From the NCBI GenBank assembly GCA_051362555.1, contig CM120640.1, positions 57,700,788-57,764,787 of the forward strand: a stretch of 64,000 nt of DNA, read 5' to 3'. The translations under genes were made by a program, and so were the position numbers. Positions 1 through 13,500 of the stretch are shown piece after piece (positions within the stretch are counted from its first letter, which is position 1; each line of letters opens with the position of its first letter). This DNA is from Lingula anatina. Taxonomy: Eukaryota; Animalia; Brachiopoda. A model generated the notes under the pieces. The model ran no database searches. It was not told the DNA's origin and saw nothing but the letters and a program-made list of their open reading frames with translations.

Positions 1-251
1 AACTAAACTTAATTTTTTTAGATAACCTTGTTAAGTCATTTTAATCGACGGTATATATATTTAAGTGTTTGGTGATCACTTTTTAATGTACAGAAAATAA
101 ACCTATATTTGTTGATAAAACTTCAGCCCAAGGATGGAGAACAATAACTGTAATTTAAGTGACTGATTGAAGAAATCACACCATAAAATTGATAAAGCAA
201 GCGATTAAATTATTTACTAGTATTTAGAATAACTTTTTTCTACTTTACCAG

Positions 252-3200
252 TAACAATTAGCGATGACGCTATGAACTACATCGGAGACAAAGACTGGAT
301 TATTGGTAATGCTCAGATGCCTAGCTACTACCGTGTAAACTATGACATCGACAACTGGAACAATATAGTCGATCAGTTATTATCGGATCACGAGGTAAGG
401 AATATTTAAGGAATATTTCGACTTGGCGACTTTTTATAACCTAATTTCATTATTGAGTTCCGTGTATCATTTTCTGCAACATATAATCGTTGTTTTAGTA
501 ATGGGTTGTTGTCAATGCTATCACTGTACCACTATCTTATAGTCGAGCATCTTTGTAACATATATAATCGCATAGGTTGTGCTGTACTATTGATTATGAA
601 GTTTTGTCAAGGCATATTGTATATTGAAAATGTTAATATCTGCATTAATTACCAATCTGCTTCTATTAAATTTTCATAATTTTACTATTTATTCATGTTT
701 ATACTATTTTTCTCCTAGAAAATTGACCCCATTAACAGAGCACAAATCATAGACGATCTTTTCAATCTGTTGAGGTAGGTTGTGTATTACAGATTTAGCG
801 GCACAAAGGTGAATTACTGGCAAAAAAAACTCCCCAATACGCACCTTAACCTGCTTTAGATACTAAACGTTCAATTCCAATTATACCATTTTCTTTTAAA
901 TAAAACGCTGTGTTTAAAGCCGTTTTCTTAGTATTTTTATCTTTGCCCCCTCCCACTGACCAGTCTCTGTGTTTAATTTTGCTGTAGCATTGCAAACGAC
1001 GCGTTTTCATTTGCCAATTAACCCGGCGTGATGTTATCTCACTAATTCAAAGTAATGGATATCATTTGATCGATTCGTCTATAAAAAACATGTAACAAGG
1101 CCAAATATAATCATCATCACATATTTAGAAAATAATATCTAAACAGGCACATAACACATCGAGAATACGCCCTCTTCAGTGAACTGTATTATCATGTTTT
1201 GGTAATTCCAGAGCTAATGTTGCTCCAGTGGACGTCAAGTTAGTGATGCGTGGAACTAGATACCTCGGAAACGAGACCGCTTTCTTGCCCTGGGCGGTGG
1301 CACTCCGACATCTTAATAGCCTAGATTGTATGCTGAGGAAAACTGAGGGATACGGAGACTTTAAAGTAGTTTTTTTTAATTTAAATTTTTTTATTGACAA
1401 ACGACTAGCGTGACACCTTTAAAAGAGCTCAAAAACATTGTTTTATTTTGTGTCATCATTTTTCTGATTTACAAAGATTTATTCATCTGTGAACAGATAT
1501 AACTAAGGAAAAATATTCATTCGACGTGTCATCTCTCTAATGTCAATTTTTTTTCATTATCCTGCTCTAGCGTTACGTCGAGATGCTTATAGGTCCGCAG
1601 ATTGAAAGGCTTGGTTGGGAGGATGATGGAACAACTTCGAATAGGTAAGCGTGTCTCGCGTTTGTTATTCTTAGGCCGTTGTAGCTTGCTTTGAAATATT
1701 CAATTTCGCCATGAATTGTTAGAATTTATTATGCATGACAGAAATTCTAGTGAAATGTTTTGAAAAGCTGTTGTCTCTATTTGAAGTGTATAAATTGTAA
1801 ATGCATCATAAAATCATATCATTTACTTTGTTTCCAGATTGTTAAGACCACTCCTTTTGAAAGTGGCTATGAATCTGAACCACGCTCCGTCCATAGCTGA
1901 GGCACTACGTCTTTTTAATCAATGGACTCAAAAAGAAAATCCAGATACGGAAAACACGTAAGATAAAAAAACCTTCTCTCCCTTATAGTCTGGATGACTG
2001 GTGCTATATTTTGGCCAAATTGCTCAAAATGTGGAAAAAGCATGAAACTTGGCACAATTGTTCTTTGGTCTATGCTGATCATTTTCAAGGGCAGTGCCCA
2101 AAATTTCCAAGCGTTGCTTAGCAACCGTTGCTATGGAAGTGAATTTCCTTAGTAACAAGCTAAATACACCTTTCTTGTCCAGTTTAAAAAGTTTATAAAT
2201 GCTAATAACTATGTTTCAGGGCATCAGAACTATCACTAGACTATTTTAAGGCAATTAAAACCCAAATTAACCTTAGCCACGATTGCTAGGCAGCATATTA
2301 CCCTAGCAACAAGCATTTAAAGTTGCGTTAGTCTATTAAGTAAGGCAAATCTATAATACTAGCTAAGAACTACACTTCTGAGCAAGATGTTCATACTTTT
2401 AATCCAGTAAGTTGAACCAATTGTGTGTTTACACACATCCGATCAAATAAATTGCCAGTGCAGATACTTAAGGCAGCATGTTCAAAATTAGTAACCAGCC
2501 ATTTCCATGCTTTTATCACCTTATGACTCTTTATAAAACTTTGCAATAGTTAATAATAATAATAATAATAGTTAATTCTCCCTTGTATGTGCAATATACA
2601 GTGCATTTTGCCCTTGCACATTGTCAGCCTCTACATCTGCACCTACATGCACACTGGAGCAACTCTGGACAGGTCAATAGCTTTTGGCAAATGTGTCCAC
2701 TTAGGCCCACTGTTCTGCACAAGTCCAACCAGAGTGAGCACATGGTATCTGATGACATGGCACCCTAGTGCTGATTCAGATATGTTCATCTCGCAAGAAT
2801 ATTCTTATATTGATGTAGAGCAGCCTTGGTGGAAGTACGATATGGCATCTAACGGCCTTTGGGTGTGAACAGAAACTTTTGAACTTTATTGATTAACAAA
2901 TAGAATTAAAATAGAACCATGCTGAACTGACAAAATACAATGTGAAAAAACTTTTTAGAAAATATTGAACAAAATGAAAAATATCTTGGAAATCTGGTCT
3001 CTGAGAAACCTTTCAATAATAGGAAAGTCAACAGTGGTTAAACCTTTAGTATTTCTCATCTTACGTAGGGCATGTATAAACTCTCCTACCAGCCCCCCCC
3101 CCTCCCTCAATACTTAAAATATGCATATCATATTTAACTTTATCAGGAATGGAAAAAGATACAAAATAAAATGAGCAAGGATGGCATCTGATTACAAAAA

Positions 3201-6200
3201 TGGACGGAAAAAGGTACTGCAAATAAAAATTTTTCCAAGGCCCTAAACTTTACATGGCTTAAGAGACTTCTTTATGAAGAAAATAAGAGTAAGTGGAGAG
3301 CGTTTTTCTTGGCAAAATGTCAGGAATCGGTAGTAACAAAAGGTGGATTAAAAATACTAAAAGCAACTTCTTATCCCTTTTGGCAAACATTATTGGTTCT
3401 TTGAGTGAAATTCAGGAAAATTTCAATTTAACCCCAGATGAAATCTTATCACAACCATTATGTCAAAACTCAAAAATTGAAAAAAATTAAAGAACTATTT
3501 TCCATAAAAGATGGTGTAAAAATGTTTTTGTTTTTTTTTACATCAATGATATTATTAATGACATTTGAACTCCCCTCTGTCTAGAGGAACTCAACAAAAA
3601 ATCAACCTTAACACTAACTTTCTGGGCTAATTCAGCATGTTAAATACTTGTTGCTAGGGTAATATGCTGCCTAGCAACTGTTGCAATGGTTTACTTGTGT
3701 TTTTAATGTCTTAAAATAGTATAGTTATAGTTCTGATGGTTTGAAACATTATTAAAAGCCTTTTTAAATCATTTAAACTGAACAAGAAAGGTCCAATTAG
3801 CTTGTTACTAAGGTAAATCACTTCCTTAGCAACGGTTGCTGAGCAACGCTTTGAAATTTTGGGCACTGCCCTTGAAAATGATCAGCATAGTCCAAAGAAC
3901 ATTTGTGCCAAGTTTCATGCTTTTTCCACCTTTTGAGCAATTTTTGCACCAGTCATCTAGACTATTATATCATACATAATTTTCAAGTGGTCATTGTCTA
4001 ATTATGACACCTTGTGGCTTAGCGCTTACATCATATATAGTTTGTCGAGTTTGTGACTTTTTTCAGAGCAGCAGTACTCCGTGACTAATACTGACCCGTC
4101 GCGTCTACGACGATAACCCATTCATATCTAGATCATTATCAATAATTAAGGACTAAAATAATTCTTTTGATCTATATCTAAATAACTATTTGTAATGTTA
4201 GTTCTGATTTCTATTTTACCCTGATACATTAATCAGTCAAGTTTATTTCACATTATACGTGTTCCTAGTATATGTTTCAGTGTTAGTCCATATTAAATAT
4301 CTGACTTGCCAGTATACCGGTAAAGCGTCTGCCGTGACTTGTCAATGACAAACCTTTCATCATCGAGTTCCAGTAGGGGCAATACGTATTTCATTCATTG
4401 CCAACACCAAGTTTAACTTCAGAATCAACCAAGATGTTCGGGCGGCTGTGTACTGCGCTGCAGTCCGCCATGGAGAGGAGACATGTTGGAATTTCATTTA
4501 TGACCGATATAAAAAAGCAACTGACAACGTCGAAAAGGAATTATTGCTGAATTCTCTGGGTTGTTCAAAGGAACCGTGGATTATAAAAAGGTAATTTGCA
4601 ACATTAACCTTTAGTCGTTTAAAGAGAGTTTTAAAAGCGAAAATTTGAAATTAATCATTAAAACTTTCCATATTTAAATAATCACTTCTCTTGAGACAAT
4701 GCTGTAAATAATCTGTGTTTCGAAAATTGGGTAAGGTTTGTAGGGATTTGTATGATTTGTGACACTTAGCGTAACGGCATATGTGCGATGGGCATCTTTT
4801 CCAGGTTGCTGAAGTACTCTCTAGAGGACGCCAAGATACCGAATAAGGATGCTGTTGCAATTCAGAGTCTTGCTGCTTGTTCCGATAAAGAGGTGGCCTT
4901 AAATTGGTTGATGTCCAATTGGTTTGCTCTTATGGACAGGTAAGAGTTTCCTTTACCAGAGTAAGTGGTTATCAAACTAGATAGCTCAAAATTGAATAAA
5001 AGGTTTTCGAGTGTTTGTTTTATTGGTGTATTTTGATCATCATAATTGATTGTTTACACTTTATACATGTACATGAATGTAATATGCATCGCTTGTAAGC
5101 CATTGCCTGGGTCTTGGAAAAGGACATGTCTGTACACTCCTTAATATTGTCTATCCATAGTTTTCTCTGTCTGCCTCTGTATCTCACACATTAAATTGTG
5201 CTTTGGACCCTTGGAGCATTAATCATTGATCTTGTTATATCTAAGTGACCATTTGATCTTGTTATGTGTAAGTGTCATCGATATTTCTTTTTCTTTACTT
5301 CTGTGAGAAAATCATCATATGGACCAGTGTGTAACTTGATGATATTACGGACCTTGGGCCGTATTCCAAAAAAAAAAAATTAAAATTTTATTTACAACAA
5401 TTTGTTAAGCCCATGTTCAATTTTATTCTATCTTTATATCAGATGGCTAAATCATTACTGTATCATCTCCTTTACCTTAACCTGGATTCATGTCTCAATG
5501 TTTATTGAGAGTATCCTTCAAATGTGACCATTTTAATCGGGATTTTCTTATCTTTCAAAGGTTTGAGCTATGTCATTAACAAAATTGAGTTCATTTAGAT
5601 TTTCTCAAATACTGATGGTACCCATATGGGTCTTCTGTGCTTTGATTCCTTCCAGTAAGATGTCGAAAACATAGGAGATAATATGCTTTCTTGCCGCACA
5701 CCTACAGTTGTCCGAAACATGTCCTACCTATGATGCCTTTGTTAAGGACTGCACTGCATGGTTGGAGTTAAAATTTCGGATGATATAAGCTCCCCACTTA
5801 TATTAAAGAATCTCATAAAAGTGTGGATCGTAAACTACCTCATTACATACCCCGGTGTAACATGAAAATCTGACTCCTCCAGTCAAAATTTCATAATGAA
5901 AATCTGACTCTCCCCATGAAATTTTGACTCCCCCTCACAAAACTTTATAAATCTTATTTATTTGAGTATATGACTTTTTATATTTTAGTATGCATAATGG
6001 AGGATTATTTATTTATAAAAGAAAATTTAAAATGTATTTTTTCCACCCAATGACTCCTATGAAAAGGCTATGGGAGTCCAAATCCTACAGGCAGTAAGAT
6101 GAATACTTGTTTCAAAAATTATCAATTTTCGCCAAAATTTTCCCACCAAAACTTTCTAATACTAACAAAATATAAGTCACAATGCAAACCATGTGGAAAA

Positions 6201-7566
6201 CAATGGTATGGTGATTAAATATAAAATAGGGTCTTTTGTTCATGGGAGTCCAAATCCCATGCGTATGAATATGAAGATTTTTTTTTCATTTTTTTCATTT
6301 TTTGCACTCAATATTTTACAACCAAACTTTCAAATATTTCTAATATATTCTTCATAAAGTGTACCTAAGGGAAAGATGTTGAAATGATCCCCAAATATCA
6401 AATAAACAGCTTTTTCATAGGGGAGTCATTGGGTGGTGAAATACACATTTTTAATTTTAATTTATCATTAAAATTTTCACCTGCAAACTAACAAAGAGTG
6501 CCAATGTTTCCTTCATTATGCATACTACAATATAAAAGTCATATACTCAAATAAAATAAGATTTATATAAAGTTTTGTGGGGGGAGTCAAAATTTCATGG
6601 GGGAGTCACATTTTCATTATGAAAACTTGACTGAGGAGTCACATTTTCATAATAAAAATCTGACTGGGGAGTCACATTTAGGGGGAGTCAGATTTTCATG
6701 GTACGCCTGTAAAAATCTCCATGGTATCTACGTGATAAAGTTATTTTTGTTTTTGAAGTTGTTTCTCGCATAGCATACGTAGATTAAATATTTCTTTTTT
6801 GTGCTTCTGCCTTAGCAGAACCCTGTTTCTGTGCAATGTTCAATTCAGCCTTAAATTAATATTCAAATTACAGCCTGTATAGGATGCTCCCATATATCAT
6901 ACAACTTTTCAAGAACTTCAATTTCATTCTTTCTTTTTGTGCAGATATAGTGAAAACCCTGAGAGTCTCGCCAAGGTTATTCAGAACATTGTTGGAAAAT
7001 TCAACGACGAGTATTCACTAAATAATGTAAATATAATATCTTCTTTTAATATATGCATTATTAATTGTCTTAATTACATGAAATATGTTTGATTTGTATG
7101 TCAACAAGCATTGCCGTAAGAGGAATGTTACTCTTTCTCCTTTCTCTTGGGAGATATCCTTTTGAAATGAGGATTTTTTAAATGAAAGGAAGATGCAAGT
7201 AACAATCATTATACAACCAATATATTATTTAAAGTGTTCATTCTATGAGGTTGTTGAGTTTGATCACACTACAGTAGACTGATGACCGATAAGTATACAA
7301 AATTGTATCTGATATCATTACCATGAATCCACCGCGAATTCCCCTTAATGGCTCTTTCAAATAAAAAATAATAAATTGAGAGAGTTAAGAGAAAAAAATT
7401 GCATTATTGCCATGGTAATATCTATTCTAGCTAGAAGACATACTCTCCAGTTACCCTGAACTTGGTGTTGGCAAGAAGTCGTTTCAAAAAGGGATGCAAC
7501 TAGTAGCTTCTAATGTCGACTGGATGAACAGAAACGCTGAGGACCTATACCAGTGGCTGAAATCAG
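252..7566 (+). CDS. Module 1: ERAP1-like C-terminal domain of an M1 (aminopeptidase N-like) unit; its catalytic domain lies upstream of the window
   Basis: Exons 252-394 ([21 protein letters not shown]), 719-774 ([13 protein letters not shown]), 1212-1365, 1571-1644, 1838-1957, 4423-4590 (VYCAAVRHG...LGCSKEPW), 4805-4939, 6945-7026 and the start of 7431 ([16 protein letters not shown]). These are typical aminopeptidase N C-terminal motifs. Confidence 0.9.
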
Positions 7567-10500
7567 AAACATCTGATCTCGGTAGAAAAATGTGCGGCGC
7601 ATATGTTGATATTCCATCTGGTTCGGGTGATTATACAGGAGGGTCCGGGTCTTATAACACAGGTGTTGTGGTAACACCCACAACACCAGCCCCTGTGGCT
7701 GTTACCACAACCACAAGGACAACATCTACTACCACCCGGCCTACCACAAGGCCTACCACTACGCCCAGGCCTACCACTAGACCTACAACTACCATTAAGC
7801 CTACCACTACCACTAAGCCTACCACTACCACCAAACCTACCACTAGACCAACTACAACGACAAAGAGGTCTACACGTGCTACAACTACAGCCGGTTCTCA
7901 AGGCACCTCCGGTATTCAGACAACACCCATTAGGGGAGACCAAGGGCAAACGGGTTTTACTGGTCCAGGCACAACTGAATTTCCTAAACCAATAATTTTA
8001 CCAGACGAACCGCAAATACAGGACGGCCAGGGAAGGGAATACATGATCATGTTCCCAGAGAATATGCTTCTTGACAATAATAATCAAAATAATCCTTCAC
8101 AAGAAATATTTGTATCAATGGTCAACAACGAATTGGATACATCTGTCATTCATATCGCCAATATGGAAGGCAATAACGTAGTAAACAATTCCATCGTTAT
8201 CAGACGAGGTGAAGTAAAGAAAATTGATATGACTGACCGCAATCTGGAAGTTATGGGGACCTCTGTAAGCAGAAAGGGTATCCAAATTACGTCTCCTGTA
8301 GATATCACAGTCATTGTGGTTAACAAGGACACGTTTACAACTGACGGTTACCTGGCGCTTCCAACAGATGCTCTAAGTACAGTATATTTCACAGCAAGCT
8401 TCCCGCCAAATCCGGAAGAACAGTCGTCTGTATCAGAGTTCGGCATTGCAGTGCCCTATAACTTTACAACAGTAACCATCAAGCTTCCAGACGTGCCTAA
8501 CTTGAATGTAACTCTTAATGATAAAGTTTACACAGGTGGCAATTTCATTCAAATTCAGCTCCATCAATTCGACACTCTCCAAGTTCAGAGTCTGTTCGAC
8601 TTGACTGGAACTTACATTTATTCAGATAAGCCTGTGGCTGTCTTCAGCGGTAATGGCCGAGCTGCCATACCTGGAGATCGCGCGTCACGTGATCACCTTG
8701 TGCAACAGTTGCCACCTGTTCAAACTTGGGGACAAGAATTTGCAACTGTCCCAGTTCCAAGACGCACTGTCGGGGATTACTTTAGATTCATTGCGAGCGA
8801 GCCAGACACGACCATTAACGTATTGAGCAGCAATGGTTCCTCCTTCCTCTATAATATTCCAAATGCTGGAGGTTCTGTCGGAGATATCCACAATTTCAAA
8901 TCCACAGACTTGTACAGAATTATGTCAAATAAACCCATCTTGGTCCTGCAGTTTGTTACAAGCCAAACAACGGCTAGTTCTCCAGAACAAGCGGACCCAT
9001 CTATGGCAATCATACCGCCGGTTACTCAGTACAGTCGAGATTATCGCTTTGCCCTGCCTAAATCAGCGAGTGCACTCACTGGAGCAGGCACCCCATATAC
9101 ACACATGGTTATGCTTATAATCAATGAGGCACTTAGAGGTGGCCTTACACTTGACGGACAACCAATTGTTCTCCCCGATGGAGAGACCTGGCGCCGCGTG
9201 CCGAATGCTCCTGCTGTGAGCCACCCATATAACAATTTGGTTGGTTCTTATATTGTTGTAACTGACGAAAACATTGTGCACAGCCTTACCCATATCAATC
9301 CAGGTGTTAACTTCATGGCTATCATGTACGGAGCAGGAGACAGAGAGTCTTATGCCACGCCAATGGGAATGAACCTAGACTTCATCAATGCCGATCTGGT
9401 AAGTTTTGCTTTAAATCCATCTAGAATGAACATTTAGTCCCTTTTTATTGTAGGTGATATCCAAAAAGAGCATTATGTCTAGAAGCAACTGTTATAATTA
9501 AAGAGAATACGATTTGTTCAAGGTCGTTGATAATTGGAAACTTGATTGTCGTCTTTTTATCATTTGGATGATTTAATTTTAGCCTCAACCGACAGATATT
9601 GAGAGAATTGACGCAGCTGGTCGAGAATATGTTATTATGTATACAGAAAACATGTTACTGGACAACTATCATCCACACAATCCCATACAAGACCTTTTCA
9701 TCGTCGCCGCAAACAATCAAGATGCTGGCGTACAGGTCTCGTACTATCTTGATAACAACCTTCAGATCCAATCATACAATTTATCAGCCAATCAGGTAAT
9801 TCAGGTTGACTTATCCGGCAAGGGTCTTGAAATGACAGGAACCACAATTCAAAGAAAAGCCATTTGTATCTCATCCACCAGTGACATTACCGTATACGGT
9901 ATGAACAAGGATACTTTCACAACCGATGGTTTTATGGCAATTCCAACAGATGCCATTGGTACTAATTACTACACAGTGAACTACCCGCCATACCCAGAAG
10001 AGACTGCATCTAAGGCTGAGGTGGGAATAGCTTCCGCCTTTGACAACACAAATATAACTATCACTCTACCAAGGCTGGATACCATACGCAGTGGGGTATA
10101 CCTGAATGGGGAGACGTATATTGGTGGAAACCGCATCAATGTCGTATTGAACAAGTACGATGCTCTTCAACTCACGAGCACTGACGACCTAACAGGAACA
10201 CACATCCAGAGCACTAAACCAGTTGCAGTATACAGTGGGAACGGAAGGACCGCTATTCCAAAGACTCGTGCCTCTCGCGATTATATAGTGGAACAACTGC
10301 CGCCGGTCTCTACATGGGGAAGAGAGTATGCAACAGTACCAATTCCTAAGCGTACCGTTGGTGATTACTTCAGATTTGTTGCCAGCGAACCCGACACAAA
10401 CATAAATGTCTATGGCAGCGATGGCTCTATATTTTCGTATAACATTAATGCGGCGGGTGGAAACGTGGATGATATTATCAATTTTAAATCAGGGGTTTAC

Positions 10501-13500
10501 TACCGAATCGCAGCTGATAAACCGATCCTCGTTGTCCAGTTTGTCACAAGCCAGTTAGAGGCTAACAGTAATGAGATGGCGGACCCTGCTATGGTATTTA
10601 TCCCTCCTGTCCCTCAATATAGTAATGATTACAGCTTCTTACTGCCAAGATCCGCAGGAGAGGGCGGGGCGGGCACTCCATTCCGACACTTCGTCATGGT
10701 GGTTGTCCACGACACACAAAAAGACGGTCTTCTTCTTGACAAACAACCTCTGCAGCTGCCACAAGGAGAAACCTGGCATGCGATACCAAATAACCCAACA
10801 ACTAACAACTCCGAGTATAATGACCTGGTGGGTGCCTTCTTCGAGGTCACGAATGTGACTGTGTCTCATATGTTTGAGCACACTGAGAGTTCGGTCAAGT
10901 TCATGGCTATAATGTATGGAGCAGGTGACCGAGAAAGTTATGCTTTGCCCATGGGTTTGAATCTGAAGGTTTTGAATGCATACGCGGTAAGTTTGTTTAA
11001 GTATCATTTGTCATCACATTGAAATTTTTATTAGAAAACAAACATTTATAAAAAAAGTGCCTAATGTTATAAAAAAAGTACATCTATGCGTTTAAAGACG
11101 CGTTGTATATTAAAATATACTAATGTCCTGGAGTAATACTGTTTGTTCAAATAAATTTACTTACTTATTACTTATTTATTTCAGGGTACGTCAAATTGAA
11201 GTTTCGCAAAATATCAGGTTTAATGAGAATATGAAGCTGAAGTGTACATGCAACTTGCAAAAACAAGTCACTAACAGTAGAATAATCCATTTGTTTACTT
11301 TTATTTCTACAAAAAATGAAAATTATAAGTATTTGGAAATATACACATGTGAGACTTTAGTAGAGACTAACAATCGTGGTATAAGTTGTCTGAGTGGCTA
11401 CCATGTTTAAACCATCGTTTGTTTTTTGGTCAATTTCTACAGCAATCTATGATTTTGTGTAATGTTGAGCGACAGAAAAGAACGGATTATCTGCACGTGA
11501 AACTGTAGTTTATAGATGAACTCCTCATAGATTCCACATGGATATTTCCCACCTTTCCTGCGTAGAAGTAGGTGGCATCGCCTCGCATGGACAATTGACT
11601 TCGGAAAACATGACATTCTGCCACTGAGCGACGTTCTTCTGCGTTTTATTTTAACCTGTTTGATTATGAAAATAACGTTTAAGCATGACTAGCATATTAT
11701 ACAATGCTATTTTATGTACAATGTAGATAACATGATAAGGGTATTAACAAACGTGTCTTCTGTTGTCATTTTCTTTTCCCCATCACTACCCAATACAAAG
11801 TTGATTTCATGTGTTCAATTGCAGTCTACAAACTAGGGTGTATCGAATTTTAGGCGCCATAAATTGGGGGAGGGATATTACATAAAACTACAGTGTAACA
11901 ACGACACCAGCACGTCAAACTTGCCTGCATGTCTACCTAACACATCTTTGGTTAGAGCGGCTTGCATGTGCATCCTATTACTAACCCAACTTATTATTAC
12001 ATTGCTAAAACAGATTGTGGTATTTTCTAGACTATGTTTGGTAAAGAAACAACGCTTGGGGTTGCTTGTGTTATAATGGTATTCGGCTCACCTGCAGTCC
12101 ACCAACGACACAAATCAAAGGGAAATATGATGATAAAATATTACTATAAAAAATGAGAATAGATGGCTTTGTGGCCAACCGTTTAAGGCACAAGTAATTA
12201 TGCATTGCTTCTGTAGTTCAATTCACATTATATATAATACAGATAATTTCCTGGCGCTTTAACCAGCGACTAACAACTTTTACTTATTTTCTTAAAATAT
12301 GCATAGTTTTAATAATTGTTTATCAATGTATGCTTTTCAATTATTCATAACATCCTTTTTAACCTTTATGCAGAAGGAAACTGGCAGGGCTCTACTTCTG
12401 GACAAGTAGGCATCACCGACCCTGACCTTTCATCCGGATCACAAACTTTCGGTCATTCGACAGAAACAATTACCACTAGTGCATCTACGACTGGGGGAAC
12501 TGCTTTACCAACTGCTTCACGAACTGTAGCATCAACTGCTTTACCTACTGTAGCGCAAACTACCACATCTACCGTAGCGCAAACTAAGGCACCTACTGTA
12601 GTGCAAACTACCACATCTACCGTAGCGCAAACTAAGGCACCTACTGTAGCGCAAACTACCGCACCTACTGTGACGCGAACCAGTACACCTACAGTAGCAC
12701 AAACTATTGCACCTACTGTCGCACAAACTGACGCACCTTCTGCTGCCCCTACTGTAGCACAAACGATTGCACCTACTGTCGCACAAACTGACGCACCTTC
12801 TGTTGCCCCTACTGTAGCACAAACGATTGCACCTACTGTCGCACAAACTGACGCACCTTCTGTTGCCCCTATTGTAGCACAAACGGTAGCACCACCTGTT
12901 GCACAAACTGACGCACCAACTATTGCTCCTACTGTAGCACAAACGGTTTCACCTACTGTTTCACAGACAAACGCGCCTACTGAAACTCAAACAGAAGCAT
13001 CTACTAAGGAACCTGTTGTATCACAAACTATTTCGCCCACTGTTAGTCCTACTGCCCCACAGACAACGGTGGAACCAGTGCAAACTACCACTGAGACACC
13101 ACAGCAACCAGTATTTCCGGGTGGAACAGGACCTAAACAGACAACAAACGTTGATGCAAAAACAACAAGTGCACCAACTGTCGCGCCTACTGTTGCACCA
13201 ACCACTGCACCTACTGTTGCTCCTACCACAAGACAGACGACAGCTGCACAAGTGCAAATCACCACTGAAACTCCACAACAACCAGTATTTCCTGGCGGAA
13301 CGGGCCCTGGACAAACAACAAGGCTACAAGAAAAGACAACAGGTGCACCAACTGCGGCGCCTTCTACCCAAACAACTGCCCCACCTGCTACAAGTAAAAC
13401 AACTACAGAAACTCTGTTTCAACCAACAACATCCACTGTAGAAACAGCGACTGTACTTAATACAGCCTCTACCGAAACTTCTACAGTGCCTACGGTGCCA

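Noticed and set aside
11185-11185. A 1-nt micro-exon (ttcag|G|gtacgt) that would also fix the phase
   Set aside because: Formally possible but extremely rare. The 10-nt candidate at 12031-12040 is more plausible, and neither is proven.
11864-12076. Hydrophobic ORF as the signal-peptide exon of a separate downstream gene
   Set aside because: Its donor at 12040 is phase 0 in that frame and does not fit the phase-1 acceptor at 12374. Not fully excluded.
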